Positions 27,326 through 37,932 of a stretch of 64,000 nt of DNA are shown here, piece by piece. A program made the position numbers and the translations under genes. Every line of letters begins with the position of its first letter. Positions within the stretch are counted from its first letter, which is position 1. A model generated the notes under the pieces. It did no database searches and was not told the DNA's origin. It was given only the letters and a program-made list of their open reading frames with translations. Origin of the DNA: Hyphomonas sp. (GTDB lineage Bacteria; Pseudomonadota; Alphaproteobacteria; Caulobacterales; Hyphomonadaceae); assembly GCF_013791775.1 (NCBI RefSeq), contig NZ_VMTE01000007.1; one strand, 5' to 3'.

Positions 27326-28699
27326 ATGGCTGATAAAACTGTACTGCTCGCCGAAGACGACGCGAGCATCCGTCTCGTCGTCAACCAGACCCTCGTGTCG
27401 GCCGGCTATGAAGTGCGCGCGACCAGTTCGCCGGACGCGCTTCAACGCTGGGTCCGGAACGGGGAGGGTGATGTTGTCGTCACCGATGTCTATCTCGGCG
27501 ATACGTCCATCTTTGACCTCCTGCCGTCGATGAAGCTCGCACGGCCGGACCTGCCGTTCATCGTGATGAGCGGGCAGAACACCATTCTGACGGCGGCATC
27601 AGCGGCGGAGCATGGCGCATTCGACTATCTTCCCAAGCCGTTTGACATCGACGTTCTGTCGAACCTCGTCCGCCGCGCTCTGAAGGCCTCGCCGAGCATC
27701 GAGCGGCTGATCCATCCGGATGCGCAGAAAGCCGTGCAGGATGCCGGGCTGCCGCTGATCGGACGTTCGGACGCGATGCAGGAAGTCTATCGCCTGATCG
27801 CCAAAGTGATGAACACGGATCTCACCGTCCTGATCGAAGGCGAAAGCGGTACGGGCAAGGAGCTTGCGGCGCGGGCGATCCATCAGCTGGGTCATTCGAA
27901 GAACGGCAAGTTCGTGGGGCTGGATCTCGCAGCCATGCCGGCGGCTGAGATCAATCGCGAACTGTTCGGAGCCAGCGGTACCGACGGCGCGGCTCATATG
28001 AAGGGCGGCACGCTGTACCTCGACGAGATCGGCGACCTGCCGGCCGAAGCGCAGGCCCAGCTCGTGAAGCTCCTGCGCGAACCGAGCGGCGCGCGCCTGA
28101 TTGCATCAACCCGGCGCAATCTCGGCAAGCTCGTCGAAGAGGGAAAGTTCCGCGAAGACTTGTTCTACCGGCTGAACGTCATGCGCCTTGCCATTCCGCC
28201 GCTGCGGCATCGCAAGGAGGACATTCCGGAACTCGCGCGCGCGTTCCTGATCCGGGCGCAACGGCAGGGCCTTGCGGCGCGCACCTTCGAAAAGTCCGCG
28301 CTCGACCTGATGGCCGCCTATGACTGGCCGGGCAACGTGCGCGAACTTGAAAACCTGGTGATCCGCCTGGCGGTCCTCAGCTCGGACACGATCATCACGC
28401 TGATGGATGTCGAACGCGAAATGCGTATGGGCGCATCCGAGCAGGCGGGCGGGCATGCCGGCTTCGAAGCCGACGTGGAGGCGCTGTTGCATCTCTATGT
28501 GATGGGCGATCTTGTGTCGGGCGGCGAAAACGGCGATTCTGCGGTTCATGGTTCCGTGATTGACCGGGTCGAGCGTCCGTTGATCCGCCTGGCGCTGTCG
28601 GTGACATCCGGCAACAAGGTTAAGGCGGCGCAGCTCTTGGGCATGAACCGCAACACCTTGCGCGCCAAGATTAACGCGCTGGGAATTGCAGAAGACTGA
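27326..28699 (+). CDS. ntrC: nitrogen regulation response regulator NtrC (sigma-54 activator)
   Basis: Track ORF 27131..28699 trimmed to MADKTVLLAEDD (ATG 27326). It contains a REC domain, the AAA+ motifs GESGTGKE and GAFTGA-like region, ESELFGH-like RELFGA, and a C-terminal Fis-type HTH. Confidence 0.9.
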   Translation: MADKTVLLAEDDASIRLVVNQTLVSAGYEVRATSSPDALQRWVRNGEGDVVVTDVYLGDTSIFDLLPSMKLARPDLPFIVMSGQNTILTAASAAEHGAFDYLPKPFDIDVLSNLVRRALKASPSIERLIHPDAQKAVQDAGLPLIGRSDAMQEVYRLIAKVMNTDLTVLIEGESGTGKELAARAIHQLGHSKNGKFVGLDLAAMPAAEINRELFGASGTDGAAHMKGGTLYLDEIGDLPAEAQAQLVKLLREPSGARLIASTRRNLGKLVEEGKFREDLFYRLNVMRLAIPPLRHRKEDIPELARAFLIRAQRQGLAARTFEKSALDLMAAYDWPGNVRELENLVIRLAVLSSDTIITLMDVEREMRMGASEQAGGHAGFEADVEALLHLYVMGDLVSGGENGDSAVHGSVIDRVERPLIRLALSVTSGNKVKAAQLLGMNRNTLRAKINALGIAED

Positions 28700-28734
28700 T
28701 TGACGACTGATTAATCCGTGTCTTTAGTGCATCA

Positions 28735-31089
28735 GTGTTGCATATTGGGCACGTTAACTGTGTCCGATTTGCAACGAGGCCCGGGGGCCTAGCTGAGCCG
28801 GATCAAGTGTCGACAAGTACAAATTCCCAGACGCCCAAGGCAAGTTGGGCCCTGTTCGAAGGGCTCTTCATCATCGCGGCACTTGTCGCGGTGTTCGCAA
28901 CGTTCATCGCCATTTCAGGTGCAACGCCGAACGATCCGACGGCGGGCGCAACGCCCTGGCTGCTGGGGCTGAACTTCGTCCTGCTTGTCGTGCTCGCGGT
29001 CATCGTCGTGCGCGAATATCTCAAGATCCGGGGCAGCGGCAGCACCGAGGGCGGCGGGCGGCTTGCACAGCGGTTTGTGCTGCTCTTCGGCTTTTCCGCG
29101 CTCATTCCGGCCATGGTCGTGGCCGTCTTCATGGGCGCATTCATCACACGCGGCCTTGATCGCTGGATTGGCGAGCGCGTCGACGAGTTGATGAAGCAGA
29201 ACACCGAGATTTTCAGATCCTATGTCGATAACTTCCAGTCGACCTTCGAGTCCGACACACGGCTCGCCGCCATGGACGTCGAGAACTTCGCCAAGCAAGT
29301 CGATCAATCGCTCGCGGGAAGCCGCACGCCTGCAACACCGGCACCGCAGGTGGTCGATTATGCTTCGACCGAATTCTTCGAAGGCCTCCAGTCGGAACTC
29401 GCGATTCGCGAGCTTCTGACCATCGCCATCCTGGGTCCGGACGGGATCGACCTGATCGCCGAAGCCAGCGTGCAGGACCCCATCCTGCTGTCCCCGCCCA
29501 AGGCGGCCTTCCTGGAGGCCGACCAGGGCGCCGTCGCCACGACCCTCTATGAAGGACGGGGCATCGCCACCGCCCTGATCAAGATTTCCGCGCCGGTCGA
29601 TGGATATATCTATGCGGCGAAAGTGTTCGACCGGAACGCGGCGCGCTCCCTGCGCGAAGCTGAAACGGCGCTGGAAGAATACAATGCCGCGAAGCGCAAT
29701 AGTGGCCGCCTGCAGGCCATTTTTGCCATCGGGTACACGCAGATCGTGGGTCTCGTCCTGCTGCTGGCGGGGCGTTTGGGGCTGGAAGCGGCCGGCCGCA
29801 TCACGGGGCCCATCGGGCGGCTCGCCGCAGCAGCCCAAGCTGTTCGAGACGGCGACCTTGGTGTGCGTGTGCCGGTGACGGGACCGGTGGACGAGGTGCA
29901 CGAGCTCAGCAGTTCGTTCAACGCAATGACCTCGCAATTGTCCGGCCAGCAGAATGCCTTGATCCGTGCCCGGAATGAAGAAGAAGACCGCCGGCGCTTT
30001 GTCGAAACCTTGCTGGGTGAAATTGGTGCGGGTGTGATCCGGGTTGACCGGGAAGCGCGCATCACGCTTGCCAACCGGTCGGCCTGCGAAATTCTCGGAC
30101 TGGACCAGGTACCTGAAGGTGCAATGCTCGGAGACGTTGCCCCGGCATTCGAGCGCATCGTGCGTGACACATTCGAGCGGAATGCGGCCGTCGATGCGAG
30201 CCTTGAATTGACGCAGAACGGTGAGCTGCGAAGTGTACGCCTGAAGTCGGCGCCCGAGCCTTCGGGCGGATGTGTGCTGACGTTCGACGACACAACCCGG
30301 CTCATCAACGCGCAGCGCCAGTTGGCCTGGCGCGATGTCGCGCGCCGGATTGCGCACGAGATCCGCAATCCGCTGACGCCGATCATGCTGGCGACAGAGC
30401 GTCTGCGCCGGCGGTATGGTTCGAAGATCGACGATACGGACGGCGTGTTTGACCGGTCGGTCGATACCATTTTGCGCAAGGTCGATGAGATCGCCCGGAT
30501 GGTCGAGGAGTTCTCGAGCTTTGCGCGGATGCCGAAGCCCAGCATTGCGCCGTTCGACATGAAGAAGTTGCTGCAAGGCGCCAGCTTCGCGCAGAGTGTC
30601 GTGTCGCCCGAGATCGAGATCGAGCTTGAATCCGATCTTGAGGATGCGCCTTTCCTGGGCGATGAACGTCTGCTTGCGCAGGCTTTCGGAAATCTGCTGA
30701 AGAATGCGGCCGAAGCCATTGAAGGCCAACCGATCGAGAACGACGTGTCCGGACATATCCGGATCATCCTCGCGCGCGATCCGGGCGGCCTGGTGATCGC
30801 CATCGAGGACAACGGCCCTGGCTTTCCGGTTGATGTGCGCAACCGGCTGCTGGAGCCTTATGTGACGACGCGCGAGAAGGGCACGGGCCTCGGTCTCGCC
30901 ATCGTGAACCGCATCATCGCCGATCACGGCGGATCCATTTCACTGCAGAATCGCCCGGACGGTCTGCAGGGTGCGCGCGTGCGCATCGTGCTTCCGGAAA
31001 ATGGCGCGCTTGCGATGCAGTCCGACCATGCGTCGGCCGGCGTGTTGGTGAGCGACGATGGGCATGAGCCCGGTTCAATGAGTTTGTAG
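28735..31089 (+). CDS. ntrY: sensor histidine kinase NtrY
   Basis: Track ORF 28735..31089. It has N-terminal TM helices, HAMP and PAS domains, the H-box IAHEIRNPLTPI and an HATPase domain. The start is uncertain (GTG 28807 is also possible). Confidence 0.88.
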   Translation: MLHIGHVNCVRFATRPGGLAEPDQVSTSTNSQTPKASWALFEGLFIIAALVAVFATFIAISGATPNDPTAGATPWLLGLNFVLLVVLAVIVVREYLKIRGSGSTEGGGRLAQRFVLLFGFSALIPAMVVAVFMGAFITRGLDRWIGERVDELMKQNTEIFRSYVDNFQSTFESDTRLAAMDVENFAKQVDQSLAGSRTPATPAPQVVDYASTEFFEGLQSELAIRELLTIAILGPDGIDLIAEASVQDPILLSPPKAAFLEADQGAVATTLYEGRGIATALIKISAPVDGYIYAAKVFDRNAARSLREAETALEEYNAAKRNSGRLQAIFAIGYTQIVGLVLLLAGRLGLEAAGRITGPIGRLAAAAQAVRDGDLGVRVPVTGPVDEVHELSSSFNAMTSQLSGQQNALIRARNEEEDRRRFVETLLGEIGAGVIRVDREARITLANRSACEILGLDQVPEGAMLGDVAPAFERIVRDTFERNAAVDASLELTQNGELRSVRLKSAPEPSGGCVLTFDDTTRLINAQRQLAWRDVARRIAHEIRNPLTPIMLATERLRRRYGSKIDDTDGVFDRSVDTILRKVDEIARMVEEFSSFARMPKPSIAPFDMKKLLQGASFAQSVVSPEIEIELESDLEDAPFLGDERLLAQAFGNLLKNAAEAIEGQPIENDVSGHIRIILARDPGGLVIAIEDNGPGFPVDVRNRLLEPYVTTREKGTGLGLAIVNRIIADHGGSISLQNRPDGLQGARVRIVLPENGALAMQSDHASAGVLVSDDGHEPGSMSL

Positions 31090-31103
31090 AGGAAACGGGT
31101 CAC

Positions 31104-32489
31104 ATGGCACTGGACATCCTTGTCGTAGATGACGAGCCCGATATTCGGGAGTTGATGGCTGGCGTGCTCGGCGATGAGGGCTATTCAGTCCGCACGGCCG
31201 ACACCGCAGAGCGCGCGCTGGAAGAAGTCCGTTCCCGGACACCGCGCTTGGTGATCCTGGACGTCTGGCTGCAGGGCAGCGGCATGGACGGCCTGTCGCT
31301 GCTGAAATATCTCAAGTCGATTGATCCGATCCTGCCGGTCATCGTGATCAGCGGTCACGGCAATATCGAAACCGCCATCGCCGCAATCCGGCGCGGTGCG
31401 TTCGATTTCATCGAGAAGCCGATCAAGGCAGACCGCCTCATGCTGGTCGTCGAGCGCGCCATTGAATCGGCCGCGCTGCGCTATGAGAATGCCGCGCTGC
31501 GCAACCGGGCCGGAGATGAAGAGCGCTGGATCGGCAACAGCCAGGCAGCGGCGACCCTGCGGGCGTCGATTGAGAAGGTTGCGCCGACAAATTCCCGCGT
31601 GCTCATTTCGGGGCCGGCAGGTGTCGGCAAGGAACTTGCGGCGCGCTTGATCCACAAGAGTTCAACGCGCGTGGAAGGGCCCTTTGTCGTTGTCAACGCG
31701 GCGACGATTGCGCCGGACCAGATGGAAATCGCGCTGTTCGGCGAGGAAGACTCGCAAGGCCGCACGATCCGCGTCGGATTGTTCGAGCGGGCGCACACCG
31801 GCACGCTGTTGCTCGACGAAGTTGCGGACATGCCTATCGGCACACAGAACAAGATCCTCCGGGTCCTGACAGAGCAGCGGTTCCAGCGTGTCGGAGGCCG
31901 GTCTGATGTCAGCGTCGATGTGCGCGTCATGGCCGCAACCACCAAGGACCTGCGCGCAGAGATCGAACGGGGAAACTTCCGCGAGGATCTCTTTTACCGT
32001 CTCAGCGTCGTGCCGCTGCGTGTGCCGTCCCTGTCGGAGCGGCGGGATGACATCACCGAGCTGGCGAACTATTTCTGTGATCGGATCGCCGAAACGTCCG
32101 GCCTCATGTGCCGGCATTTCACGTCCGAGGCGCTTGCGGTGCTGCAATCCATGGAATGGCCCGGGAACATCCGTCAGTTGCGAAACCTGGTGGAGCGCAT
32201 CCTGATCCTCTCGCCCTCCGATTCGGCGCGTCCGATCAGCGTGGACGAATTGCCGCGCGATCCCGGCCGGTCGGCCTCTCCGGCGGCGCAGTCAGGGTCA
32301 GCCGATCTCGTCGGGCTTTCCCTTCGCGATGCGCGCGAGCAGTTCGAGCGGGAGTACCTGACGCTCCAGATCACCCGTTTCAACGGCAATATCTCCCGAA
32401 CCGCCGAGTTCATCGGGATGGAGCGCTCGGCCCTCCACCGAAAATTAAAGGCTTTGGGGATAACAACCGGCGTGCGGCACGATTCCTGA
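31104..32489 (+). CDS. ntrX: response regulator NtrX (sigma-54 activator family)
   Basis: Track ORF 31104..32489. It contains a REC domain, an AAA+ domain (GPAGVGKE) and an HTH, and follows ntrY. Confidence 0.9.
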   Translation: MALDILVVDDEPDIRELMAGVLGDEGYSVRTADTAERALEEVRSRTPRLVILDVWLQGSGMDGLSLLKYLKSIDPILPVIVISGHGNIETAIAAIRRGAFDFIEKPIKADRLMLVVERAIESAALRYENAALRNRAGDEERWIGNSQAAATLRASIEKVAPTNSRVLISGPAGVGKELAARLIHKSSTRVEGPFVVVNAATIAPDQMEIALFGEEDSQGRTIRVGLFERAHTGTLLLDEVADMPIGTQNKILRVLTEQRFQRVGGRSDVSVDVRVMAATTKDLRAEIERGNFREDLFYRLSVVPLRVPSLSERRDDITELANYFCDRIAETSGLMCRHFTSEALAVLQSMEWPGNIRQLRNLVERILILSPSDSARPISVDELPRDPGRSASPAAQSGSADLVGLSLRDAREQFEREYLTLQITRFNGNISRTAEFIGMERSALHRKLKALGITTGVRHDS

Positions 32490-32513
32490 CCCCTGGGCTG
32501 AAAGGCTGAACTG

Positions 32514-33887
32514 ATGCACGTTCTGATCTGCGGCGCCGGCCGGGTTGGCCAGGGCATTGCCCGCCGGCTTGCCCGCGAAAAGCACGAAATCACGATCATC
32601 GACGAAAACTCCGATCTTGTGGATCAGGTGTCGATCGACCTTGATGTGCGCGGTATCGTCGGCCACGCCGCACACCCGGATGTTCTGAAGCGGGCGCGCG
32701 CGGCGGACTGCGAGATGATCATCGCGGTCACTCACTTCGATGAAATCAACATGGTGATCTGCCAGATCGCCCACACGGTCTTTTCGGTGCCCTTCAAGAT
32801 CGCGCGCGTCCGCGACCGGTCGTATCTGGACCCCGCCTGGAAGAACATCTTCTCCCGGGAAGGCCTGCCGATCGACATGGTCATTTCGCCGGAAGCCGAA
32901 GTCGGCGATGCGATCCTGCAGCGGTTCCGGACGCCTGGCACGATCATGAGCGCCAATTTTGCCGGCGGGAAGCTCAAGCTGCTGGGGTTCGAACTTGGCG
33001 CCGACAATCCCCTGATCGACCTGCCGGTTGACCAGATGCGCGGCGTGTTTCCGGACCTTTCGGCGCGCATCATCGGCATCGGCCGGGGAACCGGAATTCG
33101 CGCGCCGCGCGGGCGAGATGTCCTGAAGCCGGGAGACCGGGCCTATGTGGCCGTGCTCGATACGCATGCCGAACGCCTGACCTCGATCTTCAACCGCGAC
33201 CAGAGCCGGCTCGATCATGTGGTGATTGTCGGCGGCGGCAATGTCGGGCTGCACGTTGCCAAAATTCTCGAACGGGAAAGCCATATCCGTGTGCGGTTGA
33301 TCGAGCGCAGCCCAGAACGTGCCAACAAGGCGGTGTCGGAAGTGAAGCGGTCGATCGTGATCCAGGGCGACGGCCTGAACCCCGAAATCCTCGCCGAAGG
33401 CGGCGTTGACCGTGCCGATTTCGTGATCGCTATCACGGATGACGACAAGACCAATCTGCTGATCAGCAATCTCGCCAAGCGGGCCGGCGCGAAACGGGCG
33501 CTGGCGCTGATCAATGCGCCGGAGCTTGCGACCCTTGCGGCGGACATGCGCGTCGATACCGTGCTCGATCCGCGCGCCCTGACGGTTTCGCAGGTGTTGC
33601 TGCGCATGCGCCGGGGCCGGATCCTCGGCCTGCAATCGCTCGAAGACGGCATGGCGGAAGTTGCCGAAGGCGTGACGCTGGAATCGTCATCGCTGATCGG
33701 GAAGCCGCTGGGCTACGACGACTTGCCGGAAGGCGTAACCGCAGCGGCCGTGCTGCGCGGCGACCAGATCATCATGGCGGATTCAGACGTCATCGTCCGG
33801 CCCGAAGACCACCTTGTGATCTTCTACGAAGCTGAAATGGTCCGGAGCGTCGAGAAGTTCTTCCGGGTCAATCCGGACTACTTCTAG
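32514..33887 (+). CDS. trkA: Trk potassium uptake system NAD-binding protein TrkA
   Basis: Track ORF 32514..33887. It has two Rossmann motifs (ICGAGRVG and IVGGGNVG). Confidence 0.92.
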   Translation: MHVLICGAGRVGQGIARRLAREKHEITIIDENSDLVDQVSIDLDVRGIVGHAAHPDVLKRARAADCEMIIAVTHFDEINMVICQIAHTVFSVPFKIARVRDRSYLDPAWKNIFSREGLPIDMVISPEAEVGDAILQRFRTPGTIMSANFAGGKLKLLGFELGADNPLIDLPVDQMRGVFPDLSARIIGIGRGTGIRAPRGRDVLKPGDRAYVAVLDTHAERLTSIFNRDQSRLDHVVIVGGGNVGLHVAKILERESHIRVRLIERSPERANKAVSEVKRSIVIQGDGLNPEILAEGGVDRADFVIAITDDDKTNLLISNLAKRAGAKRALALINAPELATLAADMRVDTVLDPRALTVSQVLLRMRRGRILGLQSLEDGMAEVAEGVTLESSSLIGKPLGYDDLPEGVTAAAVLRGDQIIMADSDVIVRPEDHLVIFYEAEMVRSVEKFFRVNPDYF

Positions 33888-33890
33888 GCC

Positions 33891-35297
33891 ATGAATTACG
33901 CATCCGTCGTCCGCGTCCTGAGCCTGCTGATGTTGATCGTGGCCGGCGCGGCTGTGCTCGGCGCGGGTATCGCCGCCGCGGCGGGTGAAACGGCGCAAGT
34001 GATCGCGTTCGGTGCGACGGCGCTCGGAATTACGGTCGCGGCTGCCAGCGTCATTTTGCTGACCCCTAGCCCGAAGCGCAAGGCCAGGGCCTCTGACGGG
34101 CTCGCCGTCGTGATCCTGTGGTGGCTGCTGGTGCCGTTGGCGACCGCCATGCCGTTTGTATTCGGGGTCGCGAACAGTTCCCCGGTCACCGCCATTCACG
34201 AAGCCGCGAGTTGCCTGACCACGACCGGCGACACGATGATACGGGTTACCGGCGCGCACTGGCCGGTCAGCCTGATCTATTGGCGCGGCGCGCTACACAT
34301 TCTCGGTGCCTTCGCGGCGCTGGTCACTGCGGCCGGCGTGTTTGCGGCGATCAATCTGGGTGGTCCCGGGGTTCACCGGACGGTCTTGTTCACGCTGCCG
34401 GAGTCCAGCTTCTTTGACGCAATGCCGCGGATCGTGTGGCCTGTCAGCATCATGCTGACCGTGTCCACCCTGATGATCACGGTTGCCCTCCTTGTTCTCG
34501 GTGTCGAGCCGGGCAGGGCGCTCGGAGATGCGGTCAGCGTGATCACTACCGGTCTCGTGCATCCGGACGCGCTGACACGGCCGCCGGGGACAATCGGCGT
34601 TTCGGTCGTCCTGGGCGTGGGCCTCTATCTCGGTGCGCTCGGCCTGGCGTTCTGGTTACCTTTCCGGCAGCGAAGCTGGTCGGCCATCGTGCAGGATCCG
34701 GAGATCATGATCTTCGGGTTCTTTGTGATCCTGTTTGCCGGGGCGGCTGTACTGGTGGGGGTGGCTGCCGGCGACTCGCTCGCCTGGTCAATCTCCACGA
34801 TGTCCACTTCGGGAATGCCGCTGACGAGCCCGGAAGTCGCCAGCCGTATTCCGTTGACGGTTTATGTCATGCCCTGTCTGATTGGCGGTTCGGCCCTTGC
34901 GGCCGCAGGTGGCATCAAACTGGCCCGGGTTGTCGTTCTGGCGCAGCGCGCAGGCCAGGAATTCCAGCAGCTTGGCTATCGCCGTTCGATCGTCACGTTC
35001 CGGTTCAGGGACCGCGAACTGGACGAACGCAGTGTCATCGGCGTCTGGGTCTATTTCGTAGCCTACGTTCTGGCGGTCTTCGTCTTCGTCATCGGGTTCA
35101 GTTTCGCGGGCCACGGATTTGACGATTCCATCCGGCTCTCCATCGGTGGACTGACATCATCCGGGGCACTTATTGCCGGAACTGCAGAGAAAATGGGGCC
35201 TGGCGGCGAAGTATTGCTGATCATTGCCATGCTTTTGGGCAGATTGGAGATATTGACCTTGCTACCTGCTCTTTCGCTGAGCTTTTGGCGTGGCTGA
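33891..35297 (+). CDS. trkH: Trk-family potassium transporter membrane subunit
   Basis: Track ORF 33891..35297. It is a polytopic membrane protein located directly after trkA. Confidence 0.8.
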   Translation: MNYASVVRVLSLLMLIVAGAAVLGAGIAAAAGETAQVIAFGATALGITVAAASVILLTPSPKRKARASDGLAVVILWWLLVPLATAMPFVFGVANSSPVTAIHEAASCLTTTGDTMIRVTGAHWPVSLIYWRGALHILGAFAALVTAAGVFAAINLGGPGVHRTVLFTLPESSFFDAMPRIVWPVSIMLTVSTLMITVALLVLGVEPGRALGDAVSVITTGLVHPDALTRPPGTIGVSVVLGVGLYLGALGLAFWLPFRQRSWSAIVQDPEIMIFGFFVILFAGAAVLVGVAAGDSLAWSISTMSTSGMPLTSPEVASRIPLTVYVMPCLIGGSALAAAGGIKLARVVVLAQRAGQEFQQLGYRRSIVTFRFRDRELDERSVIGVWVYFVAYVLAVFVFVIGFSFAGHGFDDSIRLSIGGLTSSGALIAGTAEKMGPGGEVLLIIAMLLGRLEILTLLPALSLSFWRG

Positions 35298-35369
35298 CCC
35301 TTGCGCACCTGCAGCAAAGGACTTAGCTCGGAAGGAATAACAAAAACAGTAGCAGGAATACACAAGCGC

Positions 35370-35618
35370 ATGTCTGCCGATAAGAAACAAAACCTGCAGG
35401 ACACCTTCCTCAACGCGGTTCGCAAGTCCCGCACACCCCTCACCGTCTTCCTCGTCAATGGCGTGAAGTTACAAGGCGTTGTGACGTGGTTTGACAACTT
35501 CTGCGTGCTTTTGCGCGGGGATGGCCGACCGCCACAACTCGTTTACAAGCACGCCATTTCGACCATCGCGCCGAGTGCGCCGGTTCAGCTCTTCGATGAA
35601 GAGATGGACGGGGACTGA
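35370..35618 (+). CDS. hfq: RNA chaperone Hfq
   Basis: Track ORF 35301..35618 trimmed to [15 protein letters not shown] (ATG 35370). The Sm motifs [23 protein letters not shown] and LVYKHAIST are present. Confidence 0.96.
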   Translation: MSADKKQNLQDTFLNAVRKSRTPLTVFLVNGVKLQGVVTWFDNFCVLLRGDGRPPQLVYKHAISTIAPSAPVQLFDEEMDGD

Positions 35619-35624
35619 TCGGGA

Positions 35625-36944
35625 TTGACCGAAAAGTTCGTTGATCGACTGCCTGCGCCGGAGATTGCCGGTGTTGTCATTCCGTGGTTCACGCCTGCGG
35701 ATCGTCCCACGCCGGATCGGCTGCAGGAAACCTCCGGACTTGTCGAAGCCCTCGGCTGCCAGCTTGGCTTTGTGCGACCCGAACAGATTCGCAAGAAGAA
35801 CCCGTCTTTCCTGCTGTCCGGAGGTATTCTCGACCGGATGGCCGCCGACCTCGAGGCGGGAGAGTGTACTGTCGCGGTGATCGACGGAGCCCTGTCGCCG
35901 GTCCAGCAGCGAAACCTCGAAAAGCGGCTGGGTCTCAAGGTTATCGACCGGACCGGCCTGATCCTCGAAATTTTCGGACTGCGGGCGCGCACCAAGGAGG
36001 GGCGCCTGCAAGTTGAACTCGCGCGCATTCTGTATGAGCGCTCCCGGCTCGTCCGCACCTGGACGCACCTTGAGCGCCAGCGCGGCGGTTCGGGCTTCCT
36101 TTCGGGGCCCGGCGAGAGCCAGCTGGAAGCTGACCGAAGGATGCTGGACGACAAGATCATCCGCCTGCGGCGCGATCTTGACGAGGTCAAGCGGACGCGC
36201 GCCGTTCAGCGCACCGGCAGGCGCCGCACTGGTACCCCGGTGATCGCCCTCGTCGGCTACACCAACTCGGGCAAATCGACCCTGTTCAACCGGCTCACGG
36301 GTTCGGACGTGTTCGCGAAGGACATGCCGTTCGCGACGCTTGATCCAACCATCCGCAAGATCGGGCTGCCTTCGCTGGGCGAAGCGGCCCTCATCGACAC
36401 CGTCGGTTTCATCTCTGATCTTCCGACGCACCTGATCGACAGTTTTCAGGCAACGCTTGAAGAGTCCCTTCAGGCCGATCTGCTGGTGCATGTCCGGGAT
36501 CGTTCGAGCGCTGCGGACACCGAGCAGGCACGAGATGTGATGAAGGTGCTAGAGCGACTCGAAAAGGAATCCGGGCTCGCCCTGCCGCCCATGGTCGAGG
36601 CCTGGAACAAGATTGATGCGGTGCCGGCCGAGCAGGCTGAGGCCTTGAGAAATCTTGCCCTGTCCGAAACGGATCCGCCTGCGGTCGCGGTGTCGGCCCT
36701 TGCCGGTGATGGCATGGACGATCTCCTCAAGCTCATCGAGCGGTCCCTGCTCGGGGGGCGCTTGGAAATCGAACTCGACCTTTCGCCGGCGCAGGGACGC
36801 GCCCGCGCCTGGCTGCATCAGAACGGCGATGTGTTTGAGGAACGCTCCGAAGCAGACGGTACGTCGCACCTGGCCGTCCGTCTGTCCACGGAGCGGCTGG
36901 GTCAGTTCAAGTCAGAATTTCCCGGCCTTCTGGGTGCGCTTTAA
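35625..36944 (+). CDS. hflX: GTPase HflX
   Basis: Track ORF 35625..36944, with a TTG start. It has G-motifs GYTNSGKST and DTVGF, and NKID. Confidence 0.92.
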   Translation: MTEKFVDRLPAPEIAGVVIPWFTPADRPTPDRLQETSGLVEALGCQLGFVRPEQIRKKNPSFLLSGGILDRMAADLEAGECTVAVIDGALSPVQQRNLEKRLGLKVIDRTGLILEIFGLRARTKEGRLQVELARILYERSRLVRTWTHLERQRGGSGFLSGPGESQLEADRRMLDDKIIRLRRDLDEVKRTRAVQRTGRRRTGTPVIALVGYTNSGKSTLFNRLTGSDVFAKDMPFATLDPTIRKIGLPSLGEAALIDTVGFISDLPTHLIDSFQATLEESLQADLLVHVRDRSSAADTEQARDVMKVLERLEKESGLALPPMVEAWNKIDAVPAEQAEALRNLALSETDPPAVAVSALAGDGMDDLLKLIERSLLGGRLEIELDLSPAQGRARAWLHQNGDVFEERSEADGTSHLAVRLSTERLGQFKSEFPGLLGAL

Positions 36945-37768
36945 GCCCGCTCTGCGCGTTTCACGCGTTGCCAGTAGGCTTCCTGATCCTCGAGCGTAAG
37001 CGACGAGAAATCCACGCGCTCACTTGCGGCCTCGCGCTCCATTGCCTTGAACCGGCGCTCGAACTTGGCGTTTGCCTTGCGCAAAGCCTGCTCGGGATCA
37101 ACCAAAAGGCGGCGCGCAAGGTTGGCGACGACGAACAGCAGGTCGCCGACTTCGTCTTCGATGGCGGCGGGGTCGCCGCTTGAGATCGCCTCTTTGACTT
37201 CCGTGATCTCCTCCTCGAGCTTGTCAAAGATCGGCGGCGTTTCGGTCCAGTCAAAGCCGGTGCGCGCGGCGCGCTTCTGAAGTTTCTCGGCGCGCAGCAG
37301 GGCTGGCAAGGCGCGCGCGACACCGTCAAGCGCGCTGGGCGGCGTCTCGCTTCCGGCTTTCCCGGCCCGTTCGGCCGCCTTGACTTCCTCCCACGCCACC
37401 GTTTGTTCGTGAGCGGAGCGTTCCTTGTCGTCGCCGAACACATGCGGGTGGCGGCGGATCATCTTGTCATTGATGGCGCCGATCACGTCCGTCAGCGTGA
37501 ACGCGCCTTGCTCCTCCGCCATGCGGCTGTGGAACATGACCTGGAACAGAAGGTCACCCAGTTCGTCGCGCAATTCGTTCATGTCAGCGCGCTCGATGGC
37601 GTCCGCGACTTCGTAGGCTTCCTCGATCGTGTAGGGCGCGATGGTCGCAAAATCCTGTTCCAGATCCCAGGGGCACCCCGAGACCGGATCACGCAGCCGG
37701 GCCATGATCCGCGTCAGTTCACCGAAGGCCTCTGCGGCGTCATGCGACCTGTCCGTCTTGCCCGTCAT
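36941..37768 (-). CDS. mazG: nucleoside triphosphate pyrophosphohydrolase MazG
   Basis: Track ORF 36941..37768. It has tandem MazG domains (EEAYEVADAIE and ELGDLLFQV; EVGDLLFVVANLAR). Confidence 0.92.
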   Translation of the reverse strand: MTGKTDRSHDAAEAFGELTRIMARLRDPVSGCPWDLEQDFATIAPYTIEEAYEVADAIERADMNELRDELGDLLFQVMFHSRMAEEQGAFTLTDVIGAINDKMIRRHPHVFGDDKERSAHEQTVAWEEVKAAERAGKAGSETPPSALDGVARALPALLRAEKLQKRAARTGFDWTETPPIFDKLEEEITEVKEAISSGDPAAIEDEVGDLLFVVANLARRLLVDPEQALRKANAKFERRFKAMEREAASERVDFSSLTLEDQEAYWQRVKRAERA

Positions 37769-37932
37769 CCCTGCCTCCTGTGCCGTTCAGCCGTCTTGCC
37801 TTGGGGGCTCCGGCAGCGCAAGCCGGTGACGATCTGCGGTGTCAGGGCGATTGACATCCCGGGCCCGCCGCGAGACGGGAGTCCAGCTCTCAATAAGTGC
37901 ATGTCCGGAAATGCGTCCGGCGGGATGAAAAC

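Noticed and set aside
28700-28806. Sigma-54 promoter or NtrC sites in the AT-richer ntrC-ntrY spacer (TTGCA repeats, GGGCAC).
   Set aside because: The GG and GC elements are not at the required GG-N10-GC spacing, and the TGCA repeats do not form the TGCACC-N5-GGTGCA dyad. This is not supportable from sequence alone.
28915-30927. 670-aa ORF on the minus strand, together with similar long antisense ORFs (9577..10905, 10899..11936, 32445..33635, 41037..42017, 61420..62754, 62526..63485, 5374..6210).
   Set aside because: All lie antisense to genes with strong, motif-supported identities (ntrY, pstA, pstB, trkA, the DUF2189 protein, the CoA-transferase, hslU). They have Arg/Ala/Gly/Pro-rich low-complexity composition typical of stop-poor frames in high-GC DNA, and no recognisable motifs.
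25272-36944. dusB-ntrB-ntrC-ntrY-ntrX-trkA-trkH-hfq-hflX as a novel multi-two-component supercluster.
   Set aside because: This exact gene order is the canonical, widely conserved alphaproteobacterial arrangement. Nothing in the sequences departs from it.
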